A stretch of DNA of 64,000 bases from Octopus bimaculoides (lineage: Eukaryota), in NCBI RefSeq assembly GCF_001194135.2, contig NC_068981.1:54664339-54728338 (forward strand), given 5' to 3'. This document shows positions 50,611 to 64,000 of this stretch, in pieces (the first letter of the stretch is position 1; every line of letters starts with the position of its first letter). The position numbers were made by a program, and so were the translations under genes. The notes under the pieces were generated by a model. The model did no database searches. It saw only the letters and a list, made by a program, of their open reading frames with translations, and was not told the origin of the DNA.

Positions 50611-50820
50611 CTTCTCTAGGCACAAAGCCTGAAATTTTTGGGGAGGGGGGCAGTCGATTAGATCAACTCCAGTACGCAACTGGTACTTAATTTATCGACT
50701 CCAAAAGGATGAAAGGCGAAGTCAACCTTAGCAGAATTTGAACTCAGAACGTAAAGACAGATGAAATACCGCTAAGCATTTTGCCTGGGCAGCTAATGTT
50801 TCTGCCAGCTTGCTGCCTTT
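50611..50820 (-). mobile_element. SINE family A
   Basis: Full-length reverse-complement match. Confidence 0.85.
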
Positions 50821-51653
50821 ATGAATAGCAATATTGAAGAATTTTCATTTTCAAATTTTCTGAAGAGATTAAATCTAGATACATTACTGAAAGTTCATCT
50901 CCTCTTATTGTTGTATTGTACACTTGTGATGTTTTAAGTGACTTGACATGTTAATGGCTATGTAGTTAAGAAGTTTGATTCCCAACCATATGATTTCAGG
51001 TTCAGTCCTACTGCATGGCACCTTGGGCATGTGTCTTCTTCGTTAGCCTTTGACTCACTAAAGTCTTGTGAGTGATAGGCAGAAACTGAAAGAAGCCCTT
51101 TCTATGTGTTTTTATATAGATATATATCATCAGTGGATCATTTATCCAAAAAAAGAAGCACATTCTAAAAGTTAGAGCAGTAAAGTATTTACATGAATTT
51201 AAATATGTGTCCAGTCATAGATTTATAGATGGCTTGTCAGACTCCAACGCCACTGGAGTCTGACAATTTGTCTATAAAGCTAGGTGCTTTATGGATGCAA
51301 ATCCATTGGTCACCAGACATATATTTAACTTCACCATTGTCATCATTTAACATCTGTTGTCCATGCTGGGGAGCTGCATCAGAATCAAGTCTGATTTGGC
51401 TTGGTTTCTGTGGCTGGATGCCCTTCCTAATGCTAACAACTTTATAGAGTGTGCACTTTTACGTGGCACTGCATGGGTGCTTTTACATGGTTCCACATGG
51501 GCACTTTTATGTGGCACCTCATGGGTGCTTTTACATGGCCTGCGTGGACATTTTTATGTGGCACTGCATGGGTACTTTTACATGACACTGCATGGGTGCT
51601 TTTCCTGGCACAGCCATGAGTGCTTTACATCACCAGTAGGATCAATCTTAACA

Positions 51654-52155
51654 CTTCTGTTGCAGAGTACAGCCCTCTGTCATCTCACCTGAAAGGTTCA
51701 CCTTCCTGAGGTTGTTCTTCAGTACTTCATCCCATGTCTTCCTCGGTCTCCCACTCCTATGAGAGGTTGTCACTTCTTTATGGAGTTGTCAGCATACATA
51801 TGCATGACCATGACCAAACCAGTGCAGTCTTCTCGTACACATAGCAACCAATTCCTTTTTTAACTTCACTCTCAGAACACTGTCACTCTGTGGAACATGT
51901 ACATTTACATTACACATCCATGGGAGCATACTAGCTTCATTCCTTTCTAACCTTCGCATGTCCTTTGTATTCAGGGCCTATGTCTCACTACCATGTAGAA
52001 TTGCTATCTATACTTGCATCATACAATTTTCCTTTCACCTGGGGAGAGAAACCTTTCATGGCCAACAAATGTAACAGCTCTCTGAATTTCCTCCATCCTA
52101 TTCTAGCTATCACACTCTCTGTGCATCCTCCCCTACTACTAATTTGGTCCCCTAT
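51654..52155 (-). mobile_element. RTE-clade LINE 3' fragment
   Basis: GDQISSRGGCTESVIARIGWRKFRELLHLLAMKGFSPQVKGKLYD and GRPRKTWDEVLKNNL, frameshifted. Confidence 0.85.
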
Positions 52156-52903
52156 CATCATCATCATCGTCGTCGTTTAACGTCCGCTTTCCATGCTAGC
52201 ATGGGTTGGACGATTTGACTGAGGACTGGTGAAACCGGATGGCAACACCGGCAGAGTTTCTACAGCTGGATGCCCTTCCTAACGCAAACCACTCAGAGAG
52301 TGTAGTGGGTGCTTTTACGTGTCACCCGCACGAAAACGGCCACGCTCGAAATGGTGTCTTTTATGTGCCNNNNNNNNNNNNNNNNNNNNNNNNNNNNNNN
52401 NNNNNNNNNNNNNNNNNNNNNNNNNNNNNNNNNNNNNNNNNNNNNNNNNNNNNNNNNNNNNNNNNNNNNNNNNNNNNNNNNNNNNNNNNNNNNNNNNNNN
52501 NNNNNNNNNNNNNNNNNNNNNNNNNNNNNNNNNNNNNNNNNNNNNNNNNNNNNNNNNNNNNNNNNNNNNNNNNNNNNNNNNNNNNNNNNNNNNNNNNNNN
52601 NNNNNNNNNNNNNNNNNNNNNNNNNNNNNNNNNNNNNNNNNNNNNNNNNNNNNNNNNNNNNNNNNNNNNNNNNNNNNNNNNNNNNNNNNNNNNNNNNNNN
52701 NNNNNNNNNNNNNNNNNNNNNNNNNNNNNNNNNNNNNNNNNNNNNNNNNNNNNNNNNNNNNNNNNNNNNNNNNNNNNNNNNNNNNNNNNNNNNNNNNNNN
52801 NNNNNNNNNNNNNNNNNNNNNNNNNNNNNNNNNNNNNNNNNNNNNNNNNNNNNNNNNNNNNNNNNNNNNNNNNNNNNNNNNNNNNNNNNNNNNNNNNNNN
52901 NNN

Positions 52904-52940
<37 letters not shown>

Positions 52941-52989
52941 ATTTATACATATATGTATGTATAAATATTATGTGTATGTATAAATATAT

Positions 52990-53690
52990 ATAAATATAAA
53001 TGTGAAGCTCTATCAAATCCTTGTTCATCAGGGGCTGCTTGTCTTTTTCAAATAAATCTGTGAAATCCTCCTCCTCCAAATTCATTTCCAGTTCTTTGCT
53101 CATAGTCACCAACTTTTTGTTGATGTCAACATTATCAAACCCCTTAATATCATTCATGAATTGCGGGAATAGCTTCTTTCATACACCATTCATAACCATG
53201 CTCTGTACATCATTCCATGCCGCTGCTATGTTCTGCACAGCCTTGTAGATATCATACCTCTTCCAAAAGTCACGAAGTGTGATGGACTCATCAAGATCAG
53301 TTGCAGCTATGGGTTGCCACAGCATACGCTTCATATAGTAATACTTGGAGATAGTAATTATACCCTGATCCATTGGCTGCCGGAGAGATGTGGTGTTCAT
53401 AGGGAGGTATATGATGATAACGTTGGGGTCAAAATTTATGATGTTTTGCGGGTGCCAGGAGCATTATCTAAGATAAATAAAACCTTAAAAGGAATCTCTT
53501 TTGTCCTGACCGTACTTCTCTGCTGCTGGGATAAAATGATTGAAGAACCAATCTTCAAAAACAACAACAGTAACCCATGCTTTTGAATTAGCCATCCATA
53601 TAACAGGGTATACTTGGGTATGTTCTTCAAGTCACGGGAGTTGTGTGCATGATACACAAGCAATGGCTTTAACTTAAAATCCCCTGGGGT
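52990..53690 (-). mobile_element. Tigger/pogo-like DDE transposase remnant
   Basis: FKLKPLLVYH...FKVLFILDNAPG...LPMNTTSLRQPMDQGII...LRDFWKRYDIYKAVQNIAAAW, DDE_1/TIGD1-like and frameshifted. Confidence 0.9.
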
Positions 53691-56600
53691 GGATGTGTTT
53701 TCAAAACGAAAGTAGATCTCTCACTATCAAGTGTCCCAGATGAACCAACTTCACAGCAGGAAGTACAAATGAGAGTAGTGGCATCAAACTCCCTCATGCA
53801 CCAAATGTCAAGTTCTGAAAAGAATTAGTGAAGTAAAAATTATGTAGCAACACCAGATGGCGGTGCCCCAGCATTGGTGTCTGTCAAATGTGTGTGTGTC
53901 TCCTCTCCCACCATTTGATAATCAGTGTTGGTTTGTTTATATCCCTATAACTTAGTGGTTCATCAAAAGAGACTGACAGAATAAGTACTAGAGAAAGAAA
54001 TTCTGGTTGTGATTTATTTAACTAAAACCCTTCAGGGCAGTGCTCCAGCATGACCGCAGTTCAGTGACTGAAACAAATAACAGAAGAAAAGAAGAGAAAA
54101 GATGATATTTAACCTTTTGGCATTAAGATTATATATTCTGTCAAATATAATCCTTATTTATTCCCATTGCTTTGAATTCATCATCATCATTTAACATCCG
54201 CTTTCCATGCCAGCATGGGTTGTCCAAAGATGATGATGAATTCAAAGCAATCATGCATTATCTTGTAGTTTTGAGGTTTTGATGTGATTATTTAATTTTA
54301 GAATGAAATTGTACTATAGGTGTGAGAGACCAGATTTGGCCAGTTTCAACATAAAACTGGTAGAATCTTTGGGCCAGGTATGGTTGGTATACATGTTAAA
54401 CGGTTAAATGCTAAAAGCCTTCTTAACCATTTTTTGTGTGTAGTTAAAGTGGTTAATTAGGGATCATTTATTTATTTTAATTTTAGGTTGGCTGTTGTAA
54501 ATTGGATTTAACAGATGTATACATACTTTACTTTTCAATGGCAACAACTAGACATGCCTGCGCTGTGCCAGCTACTGTGATTTAAACCAGCAAATATATA
54601 TTAATATATTAAACTTGTGAATATATTAATTTAAAACGATACTAAATTAAATTACTTATCATTGGCTAAGAATTCAAACTATCCTGCAAACTCAGTTTGC
54701 TATGAAAATGATGATAATAAAAGGAAGCTAGTAAAAGAATGCTGTATTTGAGAATTAGCAACAATATTCCTATATAAAACACTTACAGCATTAGTTGTGC
54801 TAATAATAGGAATATTCTGGACATCTACTTAGTATTGTAGTTTTTTCTTTTTTTTTGAAAAGCATAAGATGCACCATATTTGTGTAACACTTCATCTGTA
54901 ATCTGGATTGAGATCTGTAAATATTAAATAGCTGTTTGGAATCAAGTTGGCATTTATTCTGGATTATAAACCTTGACTTTTAGTAGCAAATTTAGTTATA
55001 GCAATAACATATCATAGGTATCATTTTTACCACTTTCATGGTCATTTTTCAATGTCCATACATATTAATTTTGAAATGACCTCTTTTCATATGTTTCTGT
55101 CATTTCATCTTATCCTCATTTTAAATAGCATCATCTGTTAGGTTTGTGAAAGATGTTTCCTTTTAATTAGAAACTTCACTAATTGCATTTATTATGGTGC
55201 ATATAATACAATCATTAGAATTGATGAAAAATAGTAGTTAGTAGCCTACATGCACAAAAAAGAGAAATGAGATGTGTTTGATTATTATAAGGATAGAAAA
55301 TATTTCTAATGAATGGCTTTGTTCAAAATATAGGCATTTCCTCTCCCTATGCCCTTTCAAAGCAAAATAAATGACGTCTGTTTTTGTTATTAATAATAGT
55401 TAGCTATTGTTTAATATACTGAAGGAGACAGTTACTTGGCTCCTTGAGTCTTAGTGTTTGTTTCTTACATGAATCCCTTTGTCATGATTTTTGAAATTAG
55501 AAACAATTAGATACAAAATTTCAACATAATAAGTTGTTTTAAAGTTAAATGCATATTAGAATAGTTTTTAAATTCTGCTTTGTATAAGAATATGCTGTTC
55601 TAGAAACGTTTAGCAGTTTTAGTTTGAGAAAGATCTTGTTTTTATTAAGAGGAATTCATAACACTTCATGTTTCCAGACCAAGGCAATGTGTATGGTATC
55701 TTTATCCACATTATTACTGCTTTTAGAGCTATTCTGGTGTGGTAGGAAAGGAGGTTCCATGATTTTAGCCAGGTGTCAGATGTTTCTGGGCTGTGTGATG
55801 CAGAAAAGCATCTTTTACTTTTTTGGCACTTATCTGGCATGTACTACTATGTACAAAATACCTTATTTTGTTGGGATAAAGGATTTTTTTTTTAATAAGA
55901 AATCTAAAGGAATATACATTTTATACATTTGATGATGGTTTTAGTGACATGCTTAGCTTTCTTCTTCAAAGTTAGAGCTGAAGTATATTTGCTGCAGAGA
56001 GTAATCAACATTGTATTGCTGATTTGAAAGAACCAAGGAATTCTAGGAATAGAGGTTGTAGTGTGGTAAATTGATATGGATTGCCTTCATTAGATAATGG
56101 TTACATAACCTTAGAGAAACATGTTGGTGGTTAAGTTAATCTGGAGGAACAAAACAAATCTATAATGTCTGGATAGATAGTAGGTCAGTCAGAAATGTTG
56201 TACAAACAGTTCAAAATATTCTTAGAACATAAAGTGATATGATGCAGGCAGCTTAAAATTGGCAAATATTTTCAACTATGTGCCATCAGATCCAAATAGA
56301 GTTGTGTATAGAAAATATCTAAAGAAGGTGGTTTCAGAAATGTGTAAGTGAGGTTGTTGTCATCACCATTTGCAGAATGAAAGATAATCAAACAACAGCA
56401 GATAAGTAGAGAGGAATAGAGAAAAAAGGTCTTGAATGTCTTTGCTACCAATGTGGACAGAGAAGTAGTTGTACACAGAGTGGTTTCCATTGCAATGCAA
56501 ACTCAACTTTTAGGAAAGATTTTGACGAGGCTAAGTTGCATTAACGTTAAAAGTTTACACACCAGCGGTGAATTATATGTGTGGTTTGTGAGTCAATGAA

Positions 56601-57228
56601 ACTTTATATCTGGAAGCTGTGTTTTAATCTTTGAAATTTTGATTATTGCTTTATGAGTGTATGAGATTTCCAGGCTTCTGTAATTTTGAGATAAATGTTT
56701 GAAAGTTAAGAATGAAAATAATTTTATGTAACAGAGTTAGTGCTACAAGATATTTTTGAATATTATTTATATTATCAGATTATCTTCAGACAGTTAAGCT
56801 CATTTAAAGTGTTGGTCTTATCGTTTTGTTGGTAAATNNNNNNNNNNNNNNNNNNNNNNNNNNNNNNNNNNNNNNNNNNNNNNNNNNNNNNNNNNNNNNN
56901 NNNNNNNNNNNNNNNNNNNNNNNNNNNNNNNNNNNNNNNNNNNNNNNNNNNNNNNNNNNNNNNNNNNNNNNNNNNNNNNNNNNNNNNNNNNNNNNNNNNN
57001 NNNNNNNNNNNNNNNNNNNNNNNNNNNNNNNNNNNNNNNNNNNNNNNNNNNNNNNNNNNNNNNNNNNNNNNNNNNNNNNNNNNNNNNNNNNNNNNNNNNN
57101 NNNNNNNNNNNNNNNNNNNNNNNNNNNNNNNNNNNNNNNNNNNNNNNNNNNNNNNNNNNNNNNNNNNNNNNNNNNNNNNNNNNNNNNNNNNNNNNNNNNN
57201 NNNNNNNNNNNNNNNNNNNNNNNNNNNN

Positions 57229-57581
57229 GCTTACGACGTCGAGGGTTCCAGTTGATCCGATCAACGGAACAGCCTGCTCGTGAAATTAGCATGCAAGTGG
57301 CTGAGCACTCCACAGACACGTGTACCGTTAACGTAGTTCTCAGGGATATTCAGCGTGACACAGTGTGACAAGGCTGACCCTTTGAATTACAGGCACAACA
57401 GAAACAGGAAGTATGAGTGAGGGAAAGTTGTGGTGGAAGAGTACAGTAGGGTTCGCCACCAACCCCTGCCGGAGCCTCGTGGAGCTTTAGGTTTTTTTGC
57501 TCAATAAACACTCACAATGCCTGGTCTGGGAATCGAAACCGCGAGTCCGCTGCCCTAACCACTGGGCCATTGCGCTTCCAC
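57229..57581 (-). mobile_element. tRNA-headed SINE family D
   Basis: Minus strand begins GCGCAATGGCCCAGTGGTTAGGGCAGCGGACTCGCGGTTTCGATTCCCAGACC (A and B boxes). Truncated by a gap. Confidence 0.8.
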
Positions 57582-57763
57582 TTCAAGAAATATATAAATA
57601 AGACTAAAAAGATACATTTCAAATGCCAATCTAGTTACAACTAACAACTTCATAATACATAGGATTAAAACCCCTTGGACAGTAAAAAGGAGAAAGGGAC
57701 CTGTGAAACTGAAACCTTGCAGCTACTTTCACCCAGACACTTGTGTTAACATTATAATAGAGT

Positions 57764-57980
57764 AAGGCGGTGAGCTGGCAGAAATGTTAGCACACCAGGT
57801 GAAACGCTTAGTGGTATTTCGTATGTCTTTATGTTCCGAGTTCAAATTCCGCCGAGGTCAACTTTGCCTGTCATGCTTTCAGGGTCAATGCATTAAGTAC
57901 CAGTTGTGTACTGGGGTCAATCTAATCGACTGGCCTCCCTCCGAAAAAGTTTCAGGCATTGTGCCTAAAGTAGAAAAGAA
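57764..57980 (+). mobile_element. SINE family A
   Basis: AAGGCGGTGAGCTGGCAGAAATGTTAGC...GAGTTCAAATTCCGCCGAGGTC. Confidence 0.87.
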
Positions 57981-59789
57981 CATTATAATAAAGTAGCTTC
58001 TTGACTTCCATTTTTGTTATTAATAATGCTGAGACAGTTGAATGGATAGAGCATTGGAATAGTTATTCATAGGTTATAAGTTCAAATCTACTGCTAGTGA
58101 TTTTATATATTTCCCCACTAGTACTCTGTTTATTCTGTACTGCCTAAGTCCACCCATCTGTTGGCTATGAATACTAGATCATGCAGGCATGTTATCTTGC
58201 TTCATTCCTCTTATTTCTATAATCTTGTAAATTGATATAGACATTAAAACTAAATAATATACATGTGGTTTGAAATATGGTTGTTATTTCATGCTGCTGC
58301 ATTAGCTATAAATACTTCACAGTAGCAAACAAAGCTACCTTTCAATTGCAAACTTCTGTTTTATTCTTTTGTATTTGTTTGAAATAACAATATATTTCAT
58401 TTGAATTAAATACTGTTTGTGTGTATGCATTCATGTGTATGGTGTTTATTGGTATGTGAAAGCATGTTTAATGCACACATATGAGCACACACTCACAAAC
58501 ACATGCACACAAATAGATATGTGTGTGTGCACGCAAGTGTGTGTGTGTGTGCAAGTGTGTCTATGTGTGCATAAACATGCATACACATCACAATAAACAC
58601 CATACACATTACTGCATGCACAATTAAACAGATAGTATACATTTGTGTGTGTGTGTGCGTGTGTATGAGAGAATCTGTTGTAATTGTATGTTTATATCGA
58701 TTTTGAGGCTTTGCCAATGAAACCTAGACTGGAGTCTTTTTACAACATATATTATTATTATTAACACTATCAAAAACTCGTCTCTGACCTCAGCCATCAC
58801 ATTAATGACCTCAAGTGTGACCTTTGCAGTTGCTGCTGGCTCCACCTACATATTAACAGCATCTCATCCTACAACTTTACAGGCTGCTATCCACATCCCT
58901 AATTACTAGTCACAGAGAGGCAGTTCTGTCACATTTCTCCATCAATTGTAATTTTCTCTTTTTATTTATGAGCGGATCAGTCTCAACCTAAATATTAAAA
59001 CATCTCATAACTATTAAAGGTTACATTTAATAATTGCCTTATGTACTTCACCTATCTTTTCTTCTATCACCTATGCTTCACGGTAAGTATTTGTAAGCCT
59101 GGCTCATTGTGTATTTTATATAGAGCTTATGTTGTCATCTGCTTCAGTATTGATATTCCCTCTTTGTTGTGAGTATTTTTAGCTTGTGTTGATGTTCCTT
59201 TTTATTACTTGTATTCTGGATCTGTCACTCCTTCTGTCTTATTTCAAGTAATCCTGTTCAAAGGTTATTTCTGTTTCTATTTTCTAACATGTATAAAATT
59301 GTCTTAACTCATCCCTTCGTCAGTAAACCAGTCTTTCATCTAACAACTATTCATATTTGTTTATGTCTGAGTAGCTCATGCTTTGCTAATACTCTCCTCC
59401 CGAGGGGACTATGTGCCTACCCAGCTCTGATTTCTTCTCTGATATGCAACTTTAACATGCATTTCTCAAACATATCTGTTTGTATAAAGAGGGGATGTCT
59501 ACATGGTTTCCTGATCGGGTGGGACGAGAAGTCTGATTTCCCCTCTAATTCATACACTGATGAATTAAATGTTAGAGCACATAGTCTCAGCCAGTGATAA
59601 CCTGGGGCTTAACGACCGTAACAACAACAGCCATTACATGTGTCCGTAGATAGTATATAGAAAGTAAATAAACAACTTTCATAAAACAGTTTGTGTGTGT
59701 GAATATATGTATGTGTTTGTGTGTGCATGTTTGTGTATATGCATATATGTAGTCTAAACAATGCCAGCACGATGACAATATACATAATG

Positions 59790-60120
59790 ATGTGTGTCTG
59801 TAATCATGTGTCTGTAATCATGTGTGTCTGTAATCATGTGTAATCATATTAGTGTAGGCATGTGTGTGTGTATATATATATATATTTTGTATATATACAA
59901 ATGCATATATATATATATTTATATATATATACATATAATATATATATGTATATATATTTATGTATCTGTATATATATGTATATATGTATTTATGTATGTG
60001 TATATTTGTATGTATATACATATATTTGTATATATATTTATGTTTGTGTATACATGTATATATATGTATATATATTTACATATTTGTATATATGGATATA
60101 TTTTATGTATGTGTATATAC

Positions 60121-60174
<54 letters not shown>

Positions 60175-60790
60175 GTATTTCTGTGTATATATATATATAT
60201 TTATGTATGTGTATATATATGTATATATTTTTATTTATGTATGTGTATAAATGTATATATATGTATGTACATATATGCATGTATATAGTCAATTTTTTTT
60301 GTATGTATGTGTATATATGTATCATCATCATCATCGTCGTCGTTTAACGTCCGCTTTCCATGCTAGCATGGGTTGGATGATTTGACTGAGGTCTGGTGAA
60401 ACCAGGTGGCTACACCAGGTGGCTACACCAGGCACCAATCTGATTTGGCAGAGTTTCTACAGCTGGATGCCCTTCCTATATTTATGTATGTATGTATATA
60501 TATATGTATATATATATGTATGTATATATATATATGTATGTATGTGTATGTATGTATGTATGTATGTGTATGTATGTATATGTATGTATGTATGTATGTG
60601 TATGTATGTATGTGTGTATGTATGTATATATATATATATATATGTATGTGTATGTATGTATATATATTTATGTATGTGTATGTATGTGTATATATATATA
60701 TATGTGTATGTCTCTATATATATTTATGAGTATATATATGTATATATATATTTATATATGTATGTATATATATATATATAGCTATATATA

Positions 60791-60841
<51 letters not shown>

Positions 60842-60915
60842 TCATATATGTATATGTATACGCATATATGTATACTCATATATGAGTATATCTATATATG
60901 TATATATATATATAT
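59790..60915. repeat. Compound (TA)/(TG)/(TATG) microsatellite field with an embedded family C fragment
   Basis: Direct reading. This is the source of the YIYI-type ORFs. Confidence 0.97.
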
Positions 60916-61631
60916 CATCATCATCTTTGTTTAACGTTCGCTTTCCATGCTAGCATGGGTTGGACGATTTGACTGAGGACTGGCAAGCCAGAAGGCTGCA
61001 CCAGGCTCCAATCTGATCTGGCAGAGTTTCTACAGCTGGATGCCCTTCCTAACGCCAACCACTCCGTGAGTGTAGTGGGTGCTTTTACTTGCCACCGGCA
61101 TGAGAGCCAGTCACACGGTACTGGCAACGGCCACACTCAAAAAGGTGTTTTTTATGTGCCACCTGCACTGCAGCCAGTCCAGTGGCACTGGCAACGACCT
61201 CGCTCGAATGATTTTCTAATGCGTCACCAGCACAAGTGCTAGAAGGCAACACTGGTAACGATTACGCTCAAGTGGTGCTATTTACGGGTCACTAGTATGG
61301 AAGCCAGACAGCTGCTCTGGCAATGAACATGCTCGACAGTGCTGTTGGTGCTGCACTGGCGCGATTTCACTTGCCCCAACAGGTCTTCGCAAGCAGAGTT
61401 TAGTGTCCAATGAAGGAGAGGTTGGCATGGGTGCCAGTTGTCGGATTCGTTTCAATTTCAAATTTCAAATTTCAAATTTCAAATTTCAAATTCCAAATTC
61501 ACTTGCCCCAACAGGTCTTCGCAAGCAGGGTTTTTAGTGTCCAATGAAGTAAAGATACGGATTAGTGAGCTGGCTACACTTCTGGCAGAGATCACAGATT
61601 ATGCTCTCACTTGCCTTGCCGGGTCTTCTCA
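60915..61631 (-). mobile_element. Family C, second near-full-length copy
   Basis: (ATC)n-TTTAACGTTCGCTTTCCATGC at the left end and GCCGGGTCTTCTCA at the right, the reverse complement of the 45541 start. Confidence 0.82.
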
Positions 61632-61789
61632 TGTACTGTGTGTATGTGTATATATATATATAGAAACAAAAATTATAATAAATTATAAAAAATAAGGTTG
61701 AAAGGAGATAAAGAAGAAGTTAATACAATATAAAATGGCGCAATTAAAAACAATAAAAAATAAATTAAAGTTGCTTTGTTACAAGAGTT

Positions 61790-64000
61790 TGTAGCGGCAG
61801 TCAATAGGAGGAGGGGGTTGTGTTTAGTCCAAAGGGGATAGTTGTTCGTAGATTAAAAATATAACGCTGTTCTAGGTGGTATTGCGAGTGTGTGGATCCG
61901 TGGTGCAGAGCGAGGCCAAAGAGGGAGATGTTAGAGGGGGAGTGGATTGGCCAAGCGAAAGTGACAGGTAACAGGTGTTCGAACATAGCCGAACATCCCT
62001 TAGTTGTTCAGTGAACCGGTCGACCAGTCGGTGGCCTGTCTGACCTACATATAGTTTACCTCAGAGGTTGCATTGAATACAGTATATGAGGCTAGAAGAA
62101 GTGCAAGAGAAGGAATTTGCGATGCGAAGAGTGTGCTGTATGGAACCAGTGAGAGAAGTAGTGTTGGTGATGAAGGGGCAGGTGTGGCAGCGGGATCTGG
62201 AGCACGGGAAGGATCCGGGTGGGGCTGGGGAGGAAGACGGGAACGTGCTACGGACCAGATCGCATAGGTTCTGGGCACATTAAAAGGAGGACAAGGGTGG
62301 GTTGGGGAAAATATGGGGCGGGCGGTGGGATCGAGCTGGAGACGACGGAAGGCCTGTAGGATCCTCTGACAGAGGGGTGGAAAAGGAGGGGAAAGGGGGT
62401 GTGGTTAGGAGGTTGGCTTGGGTAAGAAGAGAGGGTGGTGGTGTGATCAATTCGATGAGCGTGGGCAAGGGCGGTTTGGACAAGGGTTGAAGGGTATCCT
62501 CAATGCATGAACAGGCAGGCAACGTACTGGAACTGGGTCTCAAAATCCTAGTCCTGGCTGCACAAGTGTCGGATGTGGAGGAACTGGGAGTAGGGGATGG
62601 CCTGTTTGGTGTGGAAGGGATGGGAGGAGAAGTTGAAGTAGAGGTGGGTTTGAAGAAGGCAGAGGTGGTGAGAGAGTGGGAGGGGTGCTCAATGGTAGAG
62701 AGATATCAAGGAAGTTAACCAAGGTGTTAGAGATAGTAGAAGTGAATTGGAGAGAAGGGTGGAAGTTAAAGAGGAAAGAGATGAAGTGGCAGAGTTGTTC
62801 ACGGGAGAGGGAGGTGGCACCTACACAGTCGTCTATGTAGCGACCGTATAGCTCTGGGGTCGGCTCTGAGAATTGAGAGAATGCTTGGTTCGCAAAATTG
62901 GGCCCATTCTCATTCCCATCATGATCCCAGACACCTGTTGGTAGGTTTCCCCGGTGAACGTAAAGCATTTGAGGGTGAGGACAAGCTCTGCCAGGCGAAG
63001 AAGAGTGGATGTGTTGGGTGTGGTATCAGGGCGACGGTCGAGGAAGTATTGGAGGTCTAAGAGACCATCGTTGTGGAGAATCATTGTGTATAGGGGAGGG
63101 AAGGAAAAGGAATTGAAGAGGCGAAGGGCGTGATTAGTGTCATGTATGTGGGATGGGAGGGCAGCAACTAAAGGGGACAGGATGCGGTCAAGGTAATTGG
63201 AAATGAGTTCAGTGGGGCAATTACAGGCAGAAACAATAGGGTGGCCAGGGTTGTTGGGTTTATGTATTTTGGGAAGGAAATAGATGGTGGAGGTATGGAG
63301 TGTTCGGATGATGAGACTTGTGGTGGTGGCGGGAGAGCAGAAGAGGAGATGAGGTCATGGATGGTGGAAGACACTCACTCTTAGTAGGAGGATGTGGGGT
63401 TGGAGGCAATAGAAGAGGGGACTTTGAAGTTGGCTGAGCGCTTCCTCTCTGTATAGGTCTGCATGCCACGCTACCACTGCTCCACTTTTGTCTGCCTGTT
63501 TGATGATGAGTCTCAGTGACGGAGGTCAGGAAGGGCGATCGATTCAGCACGGGTGAGGTGGCTCGGAGGGTTCTCTTTTTGAAATTGAATCAGTTGACCA
63601 ACGCATTGCAGTCGTGCACGAACAAGTCTAGGCTATTAAATTGGCCTGGAGGCAGTGTCCAGTTGGATGAGTGGCGCACCAGCTCCAAAAAGCAATCCCG
63701 ATTGGACATAACGCTGTGTAGATGTGTAGTAAAATGCGCATAGTTTGATGCGGCGCAGGAACAGGCTGACATTGATGCGGGTCTCAAATTTGTCACAGTA
63801 GGGCATGAAAGGCTTGAAGTGGAGCCCCCTACTGAGGAGTGCTCAGCAGCAGACAGGGGGACGTTGGGTGGTATAGTGACAACAGTGCTTTGGAGCAGAG
63901 TGGTGGGGGTGAGTGGGGTCTGGAAGAGGGGGTGCAGATGCGTAAGGGAGGGCTGGAATGGTTGGGTGGGGATGTGGTAGGGATGAGAATGTTGGGGGGG
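61790..64000 (-). mobile_element. Penelope-like retroelement (RT plus GIY-YIG), decayed, runs off the window
   Basis: RT motifs HNDGLLDL...LLRLAELVLTLKCFTF...YQQVSGIMMGMRMGP and YGRYIDDC...FHPSLQFT. Downstream GIY-YIG-type segment FSCTSSSLIYCIQC...LYVGQTGHRLVDRF. Multiple stops and frameshifts. Confidence 0.9.

Noticed and set aside
59818-60953. Many long Y/I/V/C/M-rich ORFs
   Set aside because: These are translations of TA/TG microsatellites. The same applies to 4962-5266 and 26121-26598.

Overview
This is AT-rich, microsatellite-rich animal genomic DNA with six N-gaps. The SINE/RTE repertoire looks like octopus; that is my inference, and the species is not confirmed. One protein-coding gene is clearly identifiable: EOGT (EGF-domain O-GlcNAc transferase), on the minus strand. 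I reconstructed 11 coding exons by hand between 20478 and 1260 (367 codons, all GT-AG, phases consistent). The C-terminal exons are not visible and must lie left of the window or in the 137-711 gap. The rest is mostly transposon debris: three SINE-like families plus one further tRNA-headed SINE copy, RTE, Tx1-like and R4-like LINE fragments, mariner, Tigger, piggyBac-like and mariner-like MITEs, Helitron-like termini, and a decayed Penelope-like RT/GIY-YIG element at the right end. A CpG-retaining block at about 32.4-42.3 kb, probably promoter-proximal or intergenic, holds the most unusual structures. One is a young 259-bp TIR element with a 9-bp TSD whose interior reads (CCCTAA)n-core-(TTAGGG)n, like a miniature linear chromosome. 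A second, unrelated hairpin nearby has a telomere-like loop. A 1.5-kb foldback element has ~580-bp arms and an 8-bp TSD. No second gene could be identified with confidence, and I saw no complete novel coding system. Almost all ORFs in the supplied track are gap, microsatellite or TE artefacts.
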